From contig OX597820.1 in the NCBI GenBank assembly GCA_951406725.2, positions 77,066,001 through 77,130,000 on the forward strand: a stretch of 64,000 nucleotides of DNA, read 5' to 3'. The stretch is from Octopus vulgaris (Eukaryota). The notes below the pieces were generated by a model. That model did not search any database. It saw only the letters and a program-made list of their open reading frames with translations, and was not told the DNA's origin. Made by a program: the position numbers and the translations under genes. This document shows positions 1-13,855 of the stretch, one piece after another. Each line of letters starts with the position of its first letter. Positions within the stretch are counted from its first letter, which is position 1.

Positions 1-95
1 CAGCTATGGCAAGCAAAATGAGTAAAAAAAGAAAACGCATTTGACCAATATATATATATATATATATCCACACACATACGTGCATACATACATAC

Positions 96-189
<94 letters not shown>

Positions 190-267
190 ATATTAGGGAA
201 TAAATCCAAATTTACAAGGAAAATCAGATTTAGGATTGAATCCAATTTTATAGTAAAATAATATATA

Positions 268-435
268 ATATTAATTAGAGACAAAACCACTATTTTGCAA
301 ATCAAACAAAGAAAGACTTAATCCAATACATAAAAAAATTTTAATATAAATTAAATAAATTTATATTAAAATTTTTTTATGTATTGGATTAAGTCTTGCT
401 TTGTTTGATTTGCAAAATAGTGGTTTTGTCTCTAA

Positions 436-441
<6 letters not shown>
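268..441. repeat. Near-perfect ~85-bp-arm palindrome inside a (TA)n tract
   Basis: atattaattagagacaaaaccactattttgcaaatc...ttttaatataaatt is followed after a few nt by its reverse complement ending ...gtggttttgtctctaattaatat; (TA)n lies on both sides. Confidence 0.9.
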
Positions 442-517
<76 letters not shown>

Positions 518-530
518 TGTATATATATAT

Positions 531-582
531 ATGCCATAGTGAAGACCTGACAGCTTTTATTGATTCATTAGATGTGCAGAGT

Positions 583-637
<55 letters not shown>

Positions 638-700
638 TACAAATTGTTACTCTGCACATCTAATGAATCAATAAAAACTGTCAGGTTTTCACTATGGCAT
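531..700. repeat. 55-bp inverted repeat around a (TA)n spacer; the right arm continues as a ~450-bp element to ~1100
   Basis: atgccatagtgaagacctgacagcttttattgattcattagatgtgcagagtaaca (531-586) versus tgttactctgcacatctaatgaatcaataaaaactgtcaggttttcactatggcat (646-700). Confidence 0.85.
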
Positions 701-1155
701 TCTTAGATATATGAGTGTCAGAATAAATAGAGAAGAGTCATTATAAATATTGAAGGGAATTTTTAATGAAATTGGCCATCTACGCATTCATGCTTGCGTT
801 CTAGACAAGGTTATACCCGTCCCTTATCATCACTTATGAACTAGTTATGTTAAAAAATTGCGATGTGTAATGTAGGTACACACCAGGAAAAGTTTTACTC
901 CTTGTAGCTAATATTGGTCGATGAGGAATACTCGTCCCAGCATGTGAGTTGCTGTGTATACACGCCACTGACGAAGAGTTAAATAGGCAGAAATTTATCT
1001 TTTGGTCTCCTTGGTGGTTATAGAACTCTTTGTTGTTGCAGCAGGTACATAACTCACATCAACTCACTATGAAAATAGCTGTAACTCACTTAATAACGGT
1101 GCATATATATAATCATATATTTATGTGTGTGTGTAATTATATATACACAAATTAA

Positions 1156-1206
<51 letters not shown>

Positions 1207-1655
1207 GTATGTATGTATGTATGTATATCTTGATATATAAAACGGCGTGTGTGTGTGTGTGTGTGTGCAAGAGTGTGTGTTATTGTGCGCGTATATGTGC
1301 GTATGTGTGCGTGTGTTGTGTTTATGTGTAAACGCGTATATTCCTTATTGATTCGTAAATTGAATTGCCGATTTTGACGTACAAGGTATCAAAAGTTTCA
1401 GAAATATCTCGACTACAAAATAAAGAATGTTACAATCAGTTATAGCAGTGACTCGATCAATTCCTAGCGGTATCTGAAGAAGGAATTTTTATATTCTGAA
1501 ATATCATATCAGACTATAAATAATTAAATTATAAGTTATTATAGTTAACTCTGCATTGTTGTTCCCTTCAATACACGTTATATTTCACAAACACACACAC
1601 ACACACGCGTGCGCGCATATATATATATATGCATATATATATATATATATGTATG

Positions 1656-1687
<32 letters not shown>

Positions 1688-2066
1688 ACGTCTTATCCAT
1701 TTGTCTGATTATTTTCCAATAGATCCTGGTGTCAATCACCCAAGGTCTTACCTGAAGTTATGCTCCATTGAAATATTTAGGCCGTACTGAAAGACGACAA
1801 GGTATATACAAATATGTAAACAAATTTTAAATATTGTTAAAAGCCACAAATGGTATACATCTTAATAAGATAACATACGACAGTTAAGATATATTTTTTT
1901 ATATTTGTCTAATCATCCTATGACATTTATTAACTTACTGAAATATAACGAGAATATTTATATCTAAGATGTTAGTACTAGATTTATGATAATTGAGTAA
2001 TACAATGAATATTAGAGTTTAATTTTCGTGCTTCTATATTGATTTATTTGCATTATTATGCAATTA

Positions 2067-2270
2067 AGGTGGCAAGGTGGCAAAATCTTAACCCATCCGT
2101 GAAAAAGATTGGTGGCATTTTATCTGTCTTCACGTTTTATTTTCAATTTCCGCTGAGGTCAACTATACGTTTTATTCTTTCGGGGCCGATAAAATAAGTA
2201 CTATGTGATAACTGTAATCGACTTGCCCTCTCTCCCGAAATTTCTAGCCTTGTACCTAATCTCGAAACCA
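2067..2270 (+). mobile_element. Degenerate SINE family A copy (further degenerate copies ~2300-2450, 3055-3240, 20250-20400, 26640-26990, and on the minus strand ~23960-24170)
   Basis: Shares ttcaaattccgccgaggtcgactttgcctttcatcctttcggggtcgataaaataagtac-like core with the intact copy at 12936-13170. Confidence 0.7.
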
Positions 2271-2469
2271 TTAATATGTAATTAAAATAGTGTTGCAATG
2301 GGAGCATCGACAGGGATTTCGTGAAAATATTTCGATTCCTTATGTTCGGATTTGAAATCCCACCGAGATCTACTTTACGTTCCATCCACTCGTGGATGAC
2401 AAAATAAACTGCCCCTCAAGTGCTAAGACAACTTTAATTTTAGTGCCTGCGTCTGAACGAAAAAAATTA

Positions 2470-3003
2470 ACGGTGGAAATCTCGTTTAAGCATCCCCATA
2501 TAACCTCCTCATGATTTTTTCAAATTTAGAATTTTCAGAAAGTTTCTGCGAAATTATGCCCTAGACAGGAAATGATACGAATAGGAAAAAAATGAAGATT
2601 TTTGTGCGTGTAATTCAAAGGCGAGTAAGCTGTTATTTTTAGCAAAATTCATGACCACCTCATACCGTCTGTTTTATTACCAGTCTCACATGCATTGATG
2701 AATTTCAGTATTTTCTTCCCCTCAGACTCATTCGATGGAGTGATGATTCACTCAGGGTTGGTCCTTTTCCTGGAATTTAAATAAAATAATTCGGATTCAC
2801 CGAATTTCAAACCCTGATTTTAAAAAAAAAGTATAGAAATTTTAGGATTTAGGGGTGGGGGTGAAAATTAAACAAGTAAGACTCTCCATAATTATATCAT
2901 CAATTCTCGTGTGTAAAGCAAATTCGCAAAAATATTCTGCAAATTCCAAAAGAAAAAAAAAACATTGAGGCATTATATGGGTTGTTAAAAGTAGAATTCC
3001 GTC
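2470..3003. mobile_element. MITE-like element with imperfect ~90-bp terminal inverted repeats
   Basis: 5' ...ccccatataacctcctcatgatttttt...agaattttcagaaagtttctgcgaaatt mirrors 3' aattcgcaaaaatattctgcaaattcc...cattgaggcattatatgggttg; no ORF. Confidence 0.6.
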
Positions 3004-3704
3004 AAAAAAAAATGTTATTAATATAAAGAAATAATTTGGTGAAATAATTAAAGCGTCGAGAGAATTGCTTGTCCGTTTTGTTCGGACTATTCATGTTCTA
3101 AATTCAAATTCTGTCGAGCTGACCTTTGACCTTCATGTCTCCAATGTTGAATGAATAAAATAACAGTCAAACACTGACATTGATGTTATTGACTAACTTC
3201 AATGTTAAAAAGCCCTGGCTTCATGCCTAAATTAAAGTGTATGATTATGTAATTAAGAGGATGGTAAATATAGCAGCTATCAGGATAAACTGTCAATATT
3301 CATGTTTTGATAACTGTAATTCTGAATTAAGTAGAAACGATTCATCACTGGATTCATAATTATTAAAGCGGAAACAGATATAAATCATCAAGATATGGTG
3401 AAATCTTTAATATTTAGTTAATGATGATTTCATTTAAGAGATGATTACATTTCAGAGATGAATGCATTTGAAAGCTGAAATAAATACATTTCTATGCTCC
3501 TCTTTCCTTCTTCGTATCCACGAATGGCCCTTGGTTACTTCGTTCATAAACGCTATGTGGAATTCCAAATGTATACGCATTTCATGATCGAAGAAAAGAT
3601 TAAATAAATGGTGATAGTTTTCTGTATAATGTTTGATATATTTATTCAAACCACTAATCAAAACAATTTATAAGTCATCTAATGGTCAGAACATAATTTT
3701 AAGA

Positions 3705-3759
<55 letters not shown>

Positions 3760-4319
3760 TTGGTTTACAGTGTAGTTATTTGCAGGAGTAATGATTTTAT
3801 ACGTATAATGGCAAGATTTGAAATTAAGAGAAATCTATATAGCATACATTTAATTTCATCGTTTTACTACTTTGCCTTCCGTTTCGTTAGTCGTGACACT
3901 AGTCAGAGTAGCATAACACTTTACGCAGTCCAAAAATTAATGCGGTTTCAATTTTCTTGTAGGGAACTCGTTGGAATATTTTTACTCAGTTTTTTAACAA
4001 ATGAAATGTGTTTTATAGTGATTCCTTTTTATTCACTTTCGGGTCAGGAGGAAGAGTCATCTTTCATAGCCTCTGCATGAGTAATCAGTAATTCTGATTC
4101 TATTGAGGGAATAGCAGAAGGAAGTCGTCCTAGGAAGGAAAGATTGGGTGAGGAGGTTTGTGTGTGACGTGGGCTTAGGATGTGAGAGTGATGAGAGGAG
4201 AAGAATCCCGTGATAAACCAAGCGATCTGCAAAAATACAGAAGCCCTTGTAGCAGTGGTACGTAGGCAGATGTTGAAGAGTATAATCCTGGGCGATAAAT
4301 GCCCGCGTATTTCTCCAAG

Positions 4320-5310
4320 TGATTTAATGCCACTCAGAGTGTGCTCCTTCATTCATGTGAAAGAGGATATATGTGTTTTTTGGAGCATCATGTCATATAG
4401 GTAAGAGTAAAGTTTAATTGTAGGTCTCGGTAGAGTTTTGTAGAGCTGTGGAATAAATATCTTGTGACATAGTTGCTACTGAGTTTTGTCGATTGAGAAG
4501 GAATGTAAAATTCCAAATTTAGATTTAATATTATCCTAATTAAAATGCTTCAGTATATAATGTATATAGTACACATTGCATGTTAATCTTGATAAATATA
4601 TTTATTAAATGACAAGAAACAAATGCTCATTTCTGCTTTGTTTCAATAAGATTAATATCATAATTGGATTAATTACAAAATATTTGGTTTACACGAAAAA
4701 ATAAAAATTAAAAGAAATATATTTAGTACCTTGCATTCATACCTGTACGAAAACGTGAACTAAACTATCGTCTTATTAGAATCGTCACCACCTCATGCAG
4801 GTGATTTAATACCACTCAGAATGTGCTCCTTTATTCAGGTGAAAGCGGATATATGTGTGTGCAGCATCATGTCATATACGTAAGAGTAAATCTTAATTGT
4901 AGGTCTCGGTAGAGTTTTGTAGAGTTGTGAAAGAAATATCTTGTTCTCGAGTTTATAGATGCATTGTTTCGATAGAGTTTCGCCATGTAAACGTGCGTTA
5001 TTGCCACTCCATTTATAAGAAGTCTTTGTTGATGTGCAAAGCTGCGATAATGTTTGCTGGATATGAGTTTCGCTTGTGTCTCGCTACTGTTGTATGAGTA
5101 AATACTAGCTTAAACGATGTATTCTTGATGTCTGTTCAAAGAGTCTGTGTTAATTTGGGTGTCGATATGTAGGTTGAACGTGGACGATATATGCTTGGAG
5201 ATCGGTATGGGCAAGGAAATAGTGATGTCGTCTGTGTAAGGGTGCAGGGAACTATAGATAGAGGAGAGTAAATATATCGCTTATAGAAGGGAGAGAGTAG
5301 ATGAGGAGCT
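4320..5310 (-). pseudogene. Highly degraded Penelope-like reverse transcriptase remnant, partly duplicated (4320-4465 ~ 4801-4945)
   Basis: Minus-strand pieces NGVAI...KLENKIFLSQL...PRPTI..YSYVYD resemble PLE RT motifs GVAMG..LE...P..Y.RYVDD; many frameshifts. Confidence 0.45.
4505..4800 (+). repeat. ~295-bp direct repeat, second copy at 8139-8431
   Basis: gtaaaattccaaatttagatt...aatcgtcaccacctcatgcag present at both sites with scattered differences. Confidence 0.9.
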
Positions 5311-6955
5311 GAGTACGTACAAGATCAAATTAAAAGTGCATCACAACAAACATAGAGATTATGCATTGAGACAGGGAACCGGAAACCTAAGAGATGGCAA
5401 ACTGGTGCATTTCATCAGCGTGAGCTTCGGGTGAAAATGTTTTGTCAGTGTCAAAAATTTTGCTGATATCGAAGACTACAAGTTTGCTTTCTCCAAAGTT
5501 ATACATATTTTTTTTATGAAAGCTAATCAGGATTTCATCTATCTATAGTTAATGTTCCGCATTATTCAAATATAATATTAACATATATGTGTGTGTTTGT
5601 ATGCATGTGGGTGTGAGCGTGTATGTGTGTGTTTCCAATCGGGATGTGTGTGCATGAGCGCATGCGTATCTGTGTGTGTTGTTTAGCTGTGGACACATTC
5701 ACTTCTGTATATATATACAACAGTGTGTGTGTGTGTGTGTGTCTGTCTGTCTCTGTGTGTGTGTGTCTGTGTTTCTAAGCTTGGACTGCACTGATGAAAG
5801 ATAATGCAAACTTGGCGAAAATTTGGTTGCAATTCGTAAGAGCTCGAGCACAATGTGACCTCCGCTCTTTGGCACTCTGTAAGCTCCACATTTGTATAAC
5901 CCCAGAACGGTTGTAAGGGAACTAATCTGTGATGGAAGCTGCTTTAGTCATTCAAATCCTGTCGTTTATATATTTACTAACATTGACATTATTTCACACG
6001 GCAGAACGTGGTTCATGAGCGACAGCCTACCTTTCTTTGTGTTGTAGATTGTGTGAAATTTTGTTAGCAGATTTTCAACAAGACTCTCGGAAAAGGAATT
6101 GATATTTTCCGCCCTTCCATTCATTCCATCTTCCTTTCACTCAACCCCTTAGTACTTCGTCACATGTTTCTATTTCCCATCTTCCGTGTCTTCGATTAAA
6201 TTACCAGGCTAGTCACACCATTCCTACATAGAATTCATCGCATTTAAAGACGGCTTGTGCATTGAGTTTTCATGTACTGGAAGGTGATAAAAGTGAAGGT
6301 GTTTTCACAACACACATGCACACAAACACGCATACACATACATATTTACATGGTCACAAACTTACACACATATTCAAGCACACATATATTTAATGACAAT
6401 TTAATGAGAGAAACGTGTTCTATGCGCCTACAAAACATTAAGACTTGTGGAACCGAGTCAAACTATTATTAAGAATATACGAAACAACAGTTATGTGTTT
6501 GTTCTTTAACTCATATATATAGTTATATAACGTATAAGGAAAGGAAAAAATATAGGTGTAGATGTTACTTTATTCAAACTTGGTACAAATCCTATAAATA
6601 CAAATTGTTTCCAAGCCTAATTAATTCATACCAAAACGAAATATATTCATTTTGAAATCGCAAATTAGGCTTTACCTCAAGGAATTCATTATTGGAATAA
6701 ATAGGTTCAACCAACAAAAATATAGAGACATTTACCATAGTCTAGAGAGGAGCAAACAATTCAATTATGATAGAAAGAAATTACCCGAACGCCAGACTGA
6801 TCAAAACCAGAAAAATACATAAATCCCCTTCAGCGTTGATTAAAAGAACAATTTACAATATAGAAGTACTTCTTAACGTCATTTGCAATTACAGTCTATA
6901 CAAAACAAAAATGAAATAGGCACAAGAGTGATTGTGTGGTAAGTAGCCTGCTTAC

Positions 6956-7950
6956 TTCAGAAGAGAGAGGATGCGTATTTTGTTTTTTTTCTCTCTTCAG
7001 TGGAAGTCACGTGGATGTGTGTCAGCGGCGTGAAATAGTGAAGTACGACTACTAGGTAACACGTCTGATTTTTTGGGACCTAGTGGGGTTCTATTGCTCG
7101 TATTATTCGTTTTTTGTCGAACAAGCGGTCTCCACTGGGTTCCATACATTTGTCTGCCAGTGGTCATGCTTAAGGTCTCACTTGGTTATGAGAGATTTGT
7201 TTTGGTAGGCGTGTCCCTACTGAAAATTGTGTTATTTCTGACAATTTCGGCCAGGGGGATTACCATTTGGCCTGAAGAACCGGGACAGCCAGGAATATTG
7301 CTGTATTTTGTGTCTCAAGTCTCACGTAGCTGTGACAAACCAAAATTGGAGTATTTTTGTGCTACGACGGCGAAACTACATTCGTGTGGACTACTTAAGT
7401 AGCGGATTGTGTTGCCATTGAGCTATCTTTCTTTGTTCTTTCTTCTTTGCTCTATGTTTCTGTTCTTTTTCTTTTCTTTTTTTGTTGAGTTGCTTAGTGA
7501 CTTTTCATTTGGAACTTTTTTCGAACATTTTTTGATTTGATCTGTTTTGTCATTATGGCAACTAAAACCACTGTATTGGAGTGGCAAATTGTGGCCCCCA
7601 AGCAGTGGCTGGAACACTTTAACGGGAGAAAGGTCTTGTTAAGGATCTATTCTAAGGTCCATGACACCATCACTTTGTTCTCCCAGGAAATATCCAAAAG
7701 GGGTTGGCAGAATACCTGCCAACTATCAAGTTCATTGCAAGAGGTGTTAGACATGCAACGGTGTCGTTGCTGTTTAACACACCTCTGGAGGCTAGAGATT
7801 TTGCGAGGCAACCGTTAGAAGGGGAGAAAATTCTGTTTCTCCCCACTTATGAAGGGAGGAGATTGAAAAGAGCTTGGGTATCTGTGGGCTGCCACCCGGT
7901 ATAGAGACCGAATGGATAGCAGACACTATCTGCCGGGGTCTGGGTAGATG
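6956..7950 (+). mobile_element. 5' UTR plus frameshifted ORF1 start of a Tx1/L1-like LINE, inserted directly after a SINE-B head fragment (6919-6956)
   Basis: GC-richer segment; MATKTTVLEWQIVAPKQWLEHF... (7556) continues by frameshift into LAEYLPTIKFIARG...FLPTYEGRRLKRAWVSV; clade assignment is by general resemblance only. Confidence 0.5.
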
Positions 7951-8469
7951 ACACCATGAAAACCAAATATTAAATAATGATCTTCATTAGTTCACAGCTG
8001 TTTCTGCAATACGATCTGGGGGACACTAAGTTGAGTACCAGGATAACATCCTATAGTTTCATCATATAATTGGGTCATCGATCAACTAAACCGGCAACCA
8101 AATCAAACTCACTCGATGACGAGCAGATTGAAAAGAAGTGTAAAATTCCAAATTTAGATTAATATTATGCAAATTAAAATGCTTCAGTATACAATGTATA
8201 ACAGCATGTTACTATTTGCATGTTAATGTTGAAAACTATATTTGTTAAATGACAAGAAACAAATGCACATTCCTGCCTTGTTTCAATAAGATTAATAACA
8301 TAATTGGATTAAAACATTTTTGTTTTACACGAAAAAAATTAAAAGAAATATATTTAGTACCTTGCATTCATACCTGTACGAAGGCGTGGACTAAACTAGC
8401 TTCTTATTAGAATCGTCACCACCTCATGCAGCAAACATATTATACCCAAATTGTTTTTGTCAATAGTGA

Positions 8470-8793
8470 AGGCGCGCGGCTCAGTAGTTAGAGCGACGAT
8501 CGCAAGGTTGTGAGTTCGAATCCCGGACCGGGTTGCGCGTTGTGTTCTTGAGAAAGACACTTTATTTCACGTTGCTCCAGTTCACTCAGCTGTAGAAATG
8601 AGTTGCGACGTCACAGGTGCCACGCTGTATCTGCTGTTGCCTTTCCCTTGGATAACAATGGTGGCCTGGAGAGAGGAGGCCGGTATGCATGGGCGACTGC
8701 TGGAATTCCATAAACAAACTTGCCCGGAATCTTGCCTGGGAGAGTAACTCCCTAGATGCAAGCCCACGGTCAGTCATGACCGAAGGGGGTCTC
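8470..8793 (+). mobile_element. tRNA-derived SINE
   Basis: A-box-like ggctcagtagttagagcg and B-box gagttcgaatcc, followed by a gtgttcttgagaaagacacttta...cagctgtagaaatgagt central domain. Confidence 0.8.
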
Positions 8794-8885
8794 AAAGTTT
8801 TCGTCAATGCGCGTATTCATACATGTACTAGTAAGTAACTCCCGAATGATTAAGCTGATGTTTGTATTACGATGGTATATTCAAT

Positions 8886-9050
8886 GTCTGAGTTCAAATT
8901 CCGCCGAGGTCGACTTTGCCTTCCATCCTTTCGGGGTCGATTAAATAAGTACCAGTTACGCACTGGGGTCGATGTAATCGACTTAATACCTATGTCTGTC
9001 CTTGTTTGTCCCGTCTATGTTTAGCCCCTTGTGGGTAATAAAGAAATAGG
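8886..9050 (+). mobile_element. SINE family A, 5'-truncated
   Basis: ctgagttcaaattccgccgaggtcgactttgcc...tttagccccttgtgggtaataaagaaata matches 13006-13170. Confidence 0.85.
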
Positions 9051-10264
9051 TATATTCAACGTTTACGTAACCAGTTTTGAAAGCATTAATATTTTGACAG
9101 TTTCTCTTTAAAATTTCATTCAATTCTCCAGCATGAGACTTTAAGCTAAAAATAAAGAAAATACAGCGACGACGTGAAGCAATAACAATGTATATTAGGT
9201 TGATTCTCAGAAAAAAGTGGAAGGTGACTTTAACCTTCCAAGCCTACGCTCTTCTACGAAAGAATAAATGAGCAGAGAGACATGGAGAGAAAAAATAAAG
9301 GAAAAAAAGGTGTCAGGGGACGACATACGTTTGTTAGTCGTCGTCTTTATTTACATTTGATTCCGGTCTTGATGGAAATATTTGTCTAGTTTCTGCTTGC
9401 ATCAATTGTTTTCGAGAAACAAAATGGCGGATTATAATTCTAAACATTTCTAAAGTTTCTGAGGAAACTTCCTGTTCAGCTAAGTTTGACACATGATTTG
9501 GCTACTTCAGCTTGTCTCTGCATTGCTTACTGTCATAAGATCTGTCAGTTGTATTCGAAAATACCAATAATAACTACCAGTAAGATTAAAAGTCAGAAAG
9601 ATAAAGAAACCCGTTTAAAGTAGACAATACTATGTTTATACACAAACCAAATGTGAATAATACAAGATTGTAGGTTAGTAAGTAAATTTGGCTTGATGTA
9701 GGAAGTCGTATATTTACCAAGTTTATTGATGTTGTTCAATCAGTGTAAGTCAAAATGTAAAAACAGAATATTAGTACCAGACGAAACTGTTGGAGAAGAA
9801 GCGAAATGGAATGTAGCCGAAGAAAGAATACTAAATTATTTCAACAGGATATTTAAACATCTGCCATATATAGATATTTGTTTTATATATATGTACGTAT
9901 GTATGTAAATATTTCAACAGAGAGTCACTTTCAATATACAAATATCAGTTCGATTATAGTAGATTGTACCTTATGAAGTTATATGAAGGCCTATATCTTC
10001 CTCTAATTTTTGTTGTTGTTTTAATTATTCCTTTTCTTTTCCTTCAACTTCTTCTCCCCATTCTTCCCCTTCTCCCCCTATTCTTCTGCCACTGATGTCC
10101 GAAGGCATATATGATGTATGCCATGTATGCGTACATTTTGGTTAGTGTATATGTATGGATTGGAATACGTATGTGAATATATATATCCATACATATATAC
10201 AAGTTAACACACAAACACACATTTACATATATATGTATACATACATACACGCACATATAATTCA

Positions 10265-10410
10265 AATTAACAGAAAACAAAAGAAAAATTCAGGTGTAGA
10301 AACAACAAGCAGATGTATTAGTTTAACGTTCAAGAAGAATGGTAACTTTTTTTACGTTTCGAGCCTACGTTCATCGACTGAAAAGATTAAGAGGAAAAAA
10401 TGCGAAGTTA
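10265..10410 (-). mobile_element. Non-coding PLE-like repeat with a decayed minimal HHR (related copies ~9165-9320 and 45470-45665)
   Basis: Shared aacaagcagatgtattagtttaacg...acgtttcgagcctacg motif; the minus strand reads ...cgtaggctcGAAAcgt. Confidence 0.55.
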
Positions 10411-12138
10411 TTTGTGAAGGGACTCAAGTGTACAAGTTATGATCTCTTGAAATCGATGGTTCACCCAAAGTAGACCCTTAGTTGGTGTGAACGTGGGCTT
10501 CTACTGTACATTTATATACAAGGTGTTATAAATATCATCGCTATGACTCTGATATACCTGGGGACGCTCTGAAATCGCACTTGGTTTTGAAGCATGGTCC
10601 CACTAATTCATTATCTTACAATACATGTAATGTTATACATTCTGCTCTAAGGTCCGAAATGTGAATAATTATTGTCTGCAGTGCCTTAGCTCCGGAATTA
10701 ATACAAATTACAATGACTGTGATGGACTCGGGCCAAATACAAGCAAAAATCTTAAACCCGACTTACTTCGCCTTAAATATGCAACCCCCTCCCACCTTCA
10801 CACCCTTGGTTCCCTCTATAAGGGGAAATGTATTATTAGCCAATATATTTAGGGATCCCCAGTCAAGTGGTGGCAGGTAAAACTGTACTGGAAAGGTTTC
10901 ACAAAATTGCTCCCTGAAAGACAATTGCGGGCATTTTGTGGTAGAACATCCTACATATATATATATGTATATATGTGTGTATGTATGTATGTATGTATGT
11001 AGGACGAAACACCTAACATATATATTTGTATGTATGCATGTATGAATATATATACATAGGTGTGTGCACACACAAGTACACGCACGTTTCTATATTACAA
11101 ATGAAAACGGGAGACAAAAGAGAAAGGGGAGAACGAATGGGAGAAAGGCATACTTTGTTATATCACATCATGTATTATGAAAAGCAGACAGAAGTATAGG
11201 ACTTCGGATCTGATAAATATTATTGGTATTTTACGTGAATCGGTTAGATTTTGGAAGTGATTAAGTTTAGTCTTTCCATTTCCAGCTCATATTTCATCTT
11301 ATTTTTGTGTTACAAACGTTTGGCTAAACATTTTCTTTAAGATTTATTTCTCAAGATGTATCACTTAGGACTTCTAGACCTCTCCATTTTGATATCAATC
11401 TATAAATTTCTTCTATAAATGACTTAATATGACAATTAACTGTCAGGTAATTTATGATATATTGTCTGACATGCCAGCTAATTTGAAAAATAAATATTAT
11501 CAATACATTTTCACTATTAGTTGTAACGACGAAAGTACCATCAAAATATAATTTAAAATAAGTAATATATATACATATATATATATATATATACATATAT
11601 ACAATATTAAATCCAATTTCATGTCTAGACAATTATAAGATATATTCTCGCTTTACAGTTATGTATTGTTTTTTTTTTCTTGGTACTAACGTGTGTGTCT
11701 TGTTTGCTTGGTGTTCATTAAAAAGCAATCGGTCGTATTTTTTTATAAGACAAAGGGGCCAGCGATAATTTTGATATAGATAGGAGGTTAGACGATAAAT
11801 TGGATATTTCCTGAAGAACTGGATAGACATGTATTATAATGTGCTCTCGGTATATGTAGAAACGAATGATTTACGAACTTGTGAATTGATGGAAGACTAA
11901 TTTGATGTCATGTCTTTCACTACTAATTTGTGTGAAATATTTAATCGGAAATGTTTGGCAGGGAAATATGACAGTCGAATGTTCTGTTGTCAAAGTTGTA
12001 TGTAGTTGTTGACATTTTCCTCTTTTATCCAACAATAAACATGCCAGTCTTGTTCAAGCATATTTGTATGTATATGTATGTATATGTGAGTGTGAGTCTT
12101 TGATCTATGCATGCATATATATACATATATATATATAC

Positions 12139-12193
<55 letters not shown>

Positions 12194-12304
12194 CATACAT
12201 ATATATATTCAGTAATCGTATGACAACAAAAGAATGAATGAGACCTCTATATTATATAAATGGAGGAATTTATCTGTTACATAATATGTGACAATTATTC
12301 GGTT

Positions 12305-12450
12305 GCCTTAATAAAACTCCGAGTTTCGGAGTTGGGGCAGAAATCTACTCCCGCATACCATCCGTTATTAAGATAAACAAACAAATGTGTTTGTCTTAAT
12401 AACTGACAAGATGCCGGAGCAGGTTTCCGCCCCGACATCCGAACGTAGTA
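12305..12450. repeat. Diverged inverted repeat whose arms are decayed HHR-like motifs
   Basis: The minus arm aataa-cggatgg...tcc-GAAA-ctcggag-tt-ttatt and the plus arm aataa-ctgacaa-gatg...catcc-gaac are homologous. Confidence 0.5.
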
Positions 12451-12935
12451 CCTTCTGTCACACGGTAACTGTTTACACGTTTAGTTGTTTTATTTATAAT
12501 GCTACTTCTCCATAGTTTTACTTTTATTTTCATTTAATTCTTTATATGCATCTACCACGCTAACGGTCTTAATATCTTGCTGTTTGGTTTTTAAATTTAA
12601 CTGACCAATTATGTTGATGGCTGGACTTTGTTCAATACCATAACAGAGAACAAGCGGTTGGTCTTTATAATATATCAGTAAACATATTAATGTAACTAAT
12701 TTACGGGCATGTTATTTGGATAAATATTAATTAATACTATTTACGAAATATTAAGTGCTATCCTATTTCTAGACCTATCGACGAATCATGTTCTACTAAA
12801 GTTTTAATTTTTTTTATTTTGTTACCTTGATACTCCTGGAGAAAGATTAACGCACCACATAATTTTCTAGTTTTGTCACTTGCTCAACGAATTGAAGTGT
12901 TACACTGCAAAATGGTACGATTCAAATATATTAAT

Positions 12936-13170
12936 GGCGGCGAGCTGGCAGACACGTTAGCGCGCCGGGCGAAATGCTTAGCGGTATTTCGTCTGTCGTT
13001 ACGTTCTGAGTTCAAATTCCGCCGAGTTCAACTTTGCCTTTCATCCTTTCGGGGTCGATAAATAAAGTACCAGTTTCGCACGGGGGGGGGGTGATATAAT
13101 CGACTCAATCCCATCGTCTGTCTTTGTTTGTCCCCTCTATGTTTAGCCCCTTGTGGGCAGTAAAGAAATA
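12936..13170 (+). mobile_element. SINE family A, near full length (tRNA-like head)
   Basis: ggcgagctggcagacacgttagcgcgccgggcgaaatgcttagcgg...gagttcaaattcc (B-box-like); many homologues in the window. Confidence 0.85.
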
Positions 13171-13552
13171 TATATTAAGCCCGCTTTTCTCATTTTGTGT
13201 CCCTGTTCTTTTCTCTTCACTTCTTTTATTTTATGTATTTTCTTCACTCTGATATATGAACATGTATTTCAGTCCATTGTAGTTTCATTGGCAGATGTCG
13301 TCTCAGGGACTTCGGTGTTCGTGCTCCTGCTGGTTCTCTCAGCGATCGATGACCTGCTTGTCTTTAATATGATCATTATATTTCCAACTGCTTGCTGTCT
13401 CAGCATTTGTTACAAGAGACTCTATGTTGTCCTTGGTGTCGTTTCAATCCTACGGAGGAGTCTAGTTTTAGTGGAACTTTATGAAAGTTGAGCGAATTCG
13501 GAAGTACATCATTGTTTCTATTTCATTCCATCTCTAACTCATTTATATGTGA

Positions 13553-13855
13553 CTAGCAGTATCGCCCGGCGTTGCTCAGGTTTGTAAGGGAAATAACTAT
13601 ATAAGCATTTTTAGAGAGTTACTTCCCTTATATAAACCGAGCGAAAATGCATTAAAAATGCGGAAAAATTATGGTATTTTTTTTTTAAATCGTAGACTCA
13701 TCGTAGACGCGCGCTAATGCCCAGAAGGGCTCGATATGAATCACGATTATAAGATACTCGCTTTTGGTTAAACTGCACCGCAAAATGTGGGAGTAGTTAG
13801 GAATCTAAATCAGTGTAGACAGACAAATACACAACTTCAGTTTTATATATAAAGA
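13553..13855 (-). mobile_element. Non-autonomous Helitron
   Basis: Minus strand begins TCtttatatataaaa, ends with a GC-rich subterminal segment (gagcaacgccgggcgatactg) and CTAG, and sits between A and T with no TSD. Confidence 0.8.

Noticed and set aside
940-1090. HHR-like pieces (ctgacga-agagtt...aactct; gaaaatagctgtaactcac)
   Set aside because: The core halves could not be assembled into one consistent three-helix junction; at best a decayed motif
1723-1801. Possible exon DPGVNHPRSYLKLCSIEIFRPY*
   Set aside because: Stops in all three frames and a weak donor; similarity to lectin-domain ends is too slight to support
8470-8530. tRNA genes here and at 23650-23715
   Set aside because: Only A/B boxes followed by SINE bodies; no complete cloverleaf
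10516-10954. Possible Tc1/mariner MITE (tacaaggtgtt...aacatcctaca)
   Set aside because: The terminal match is too short and degenerate
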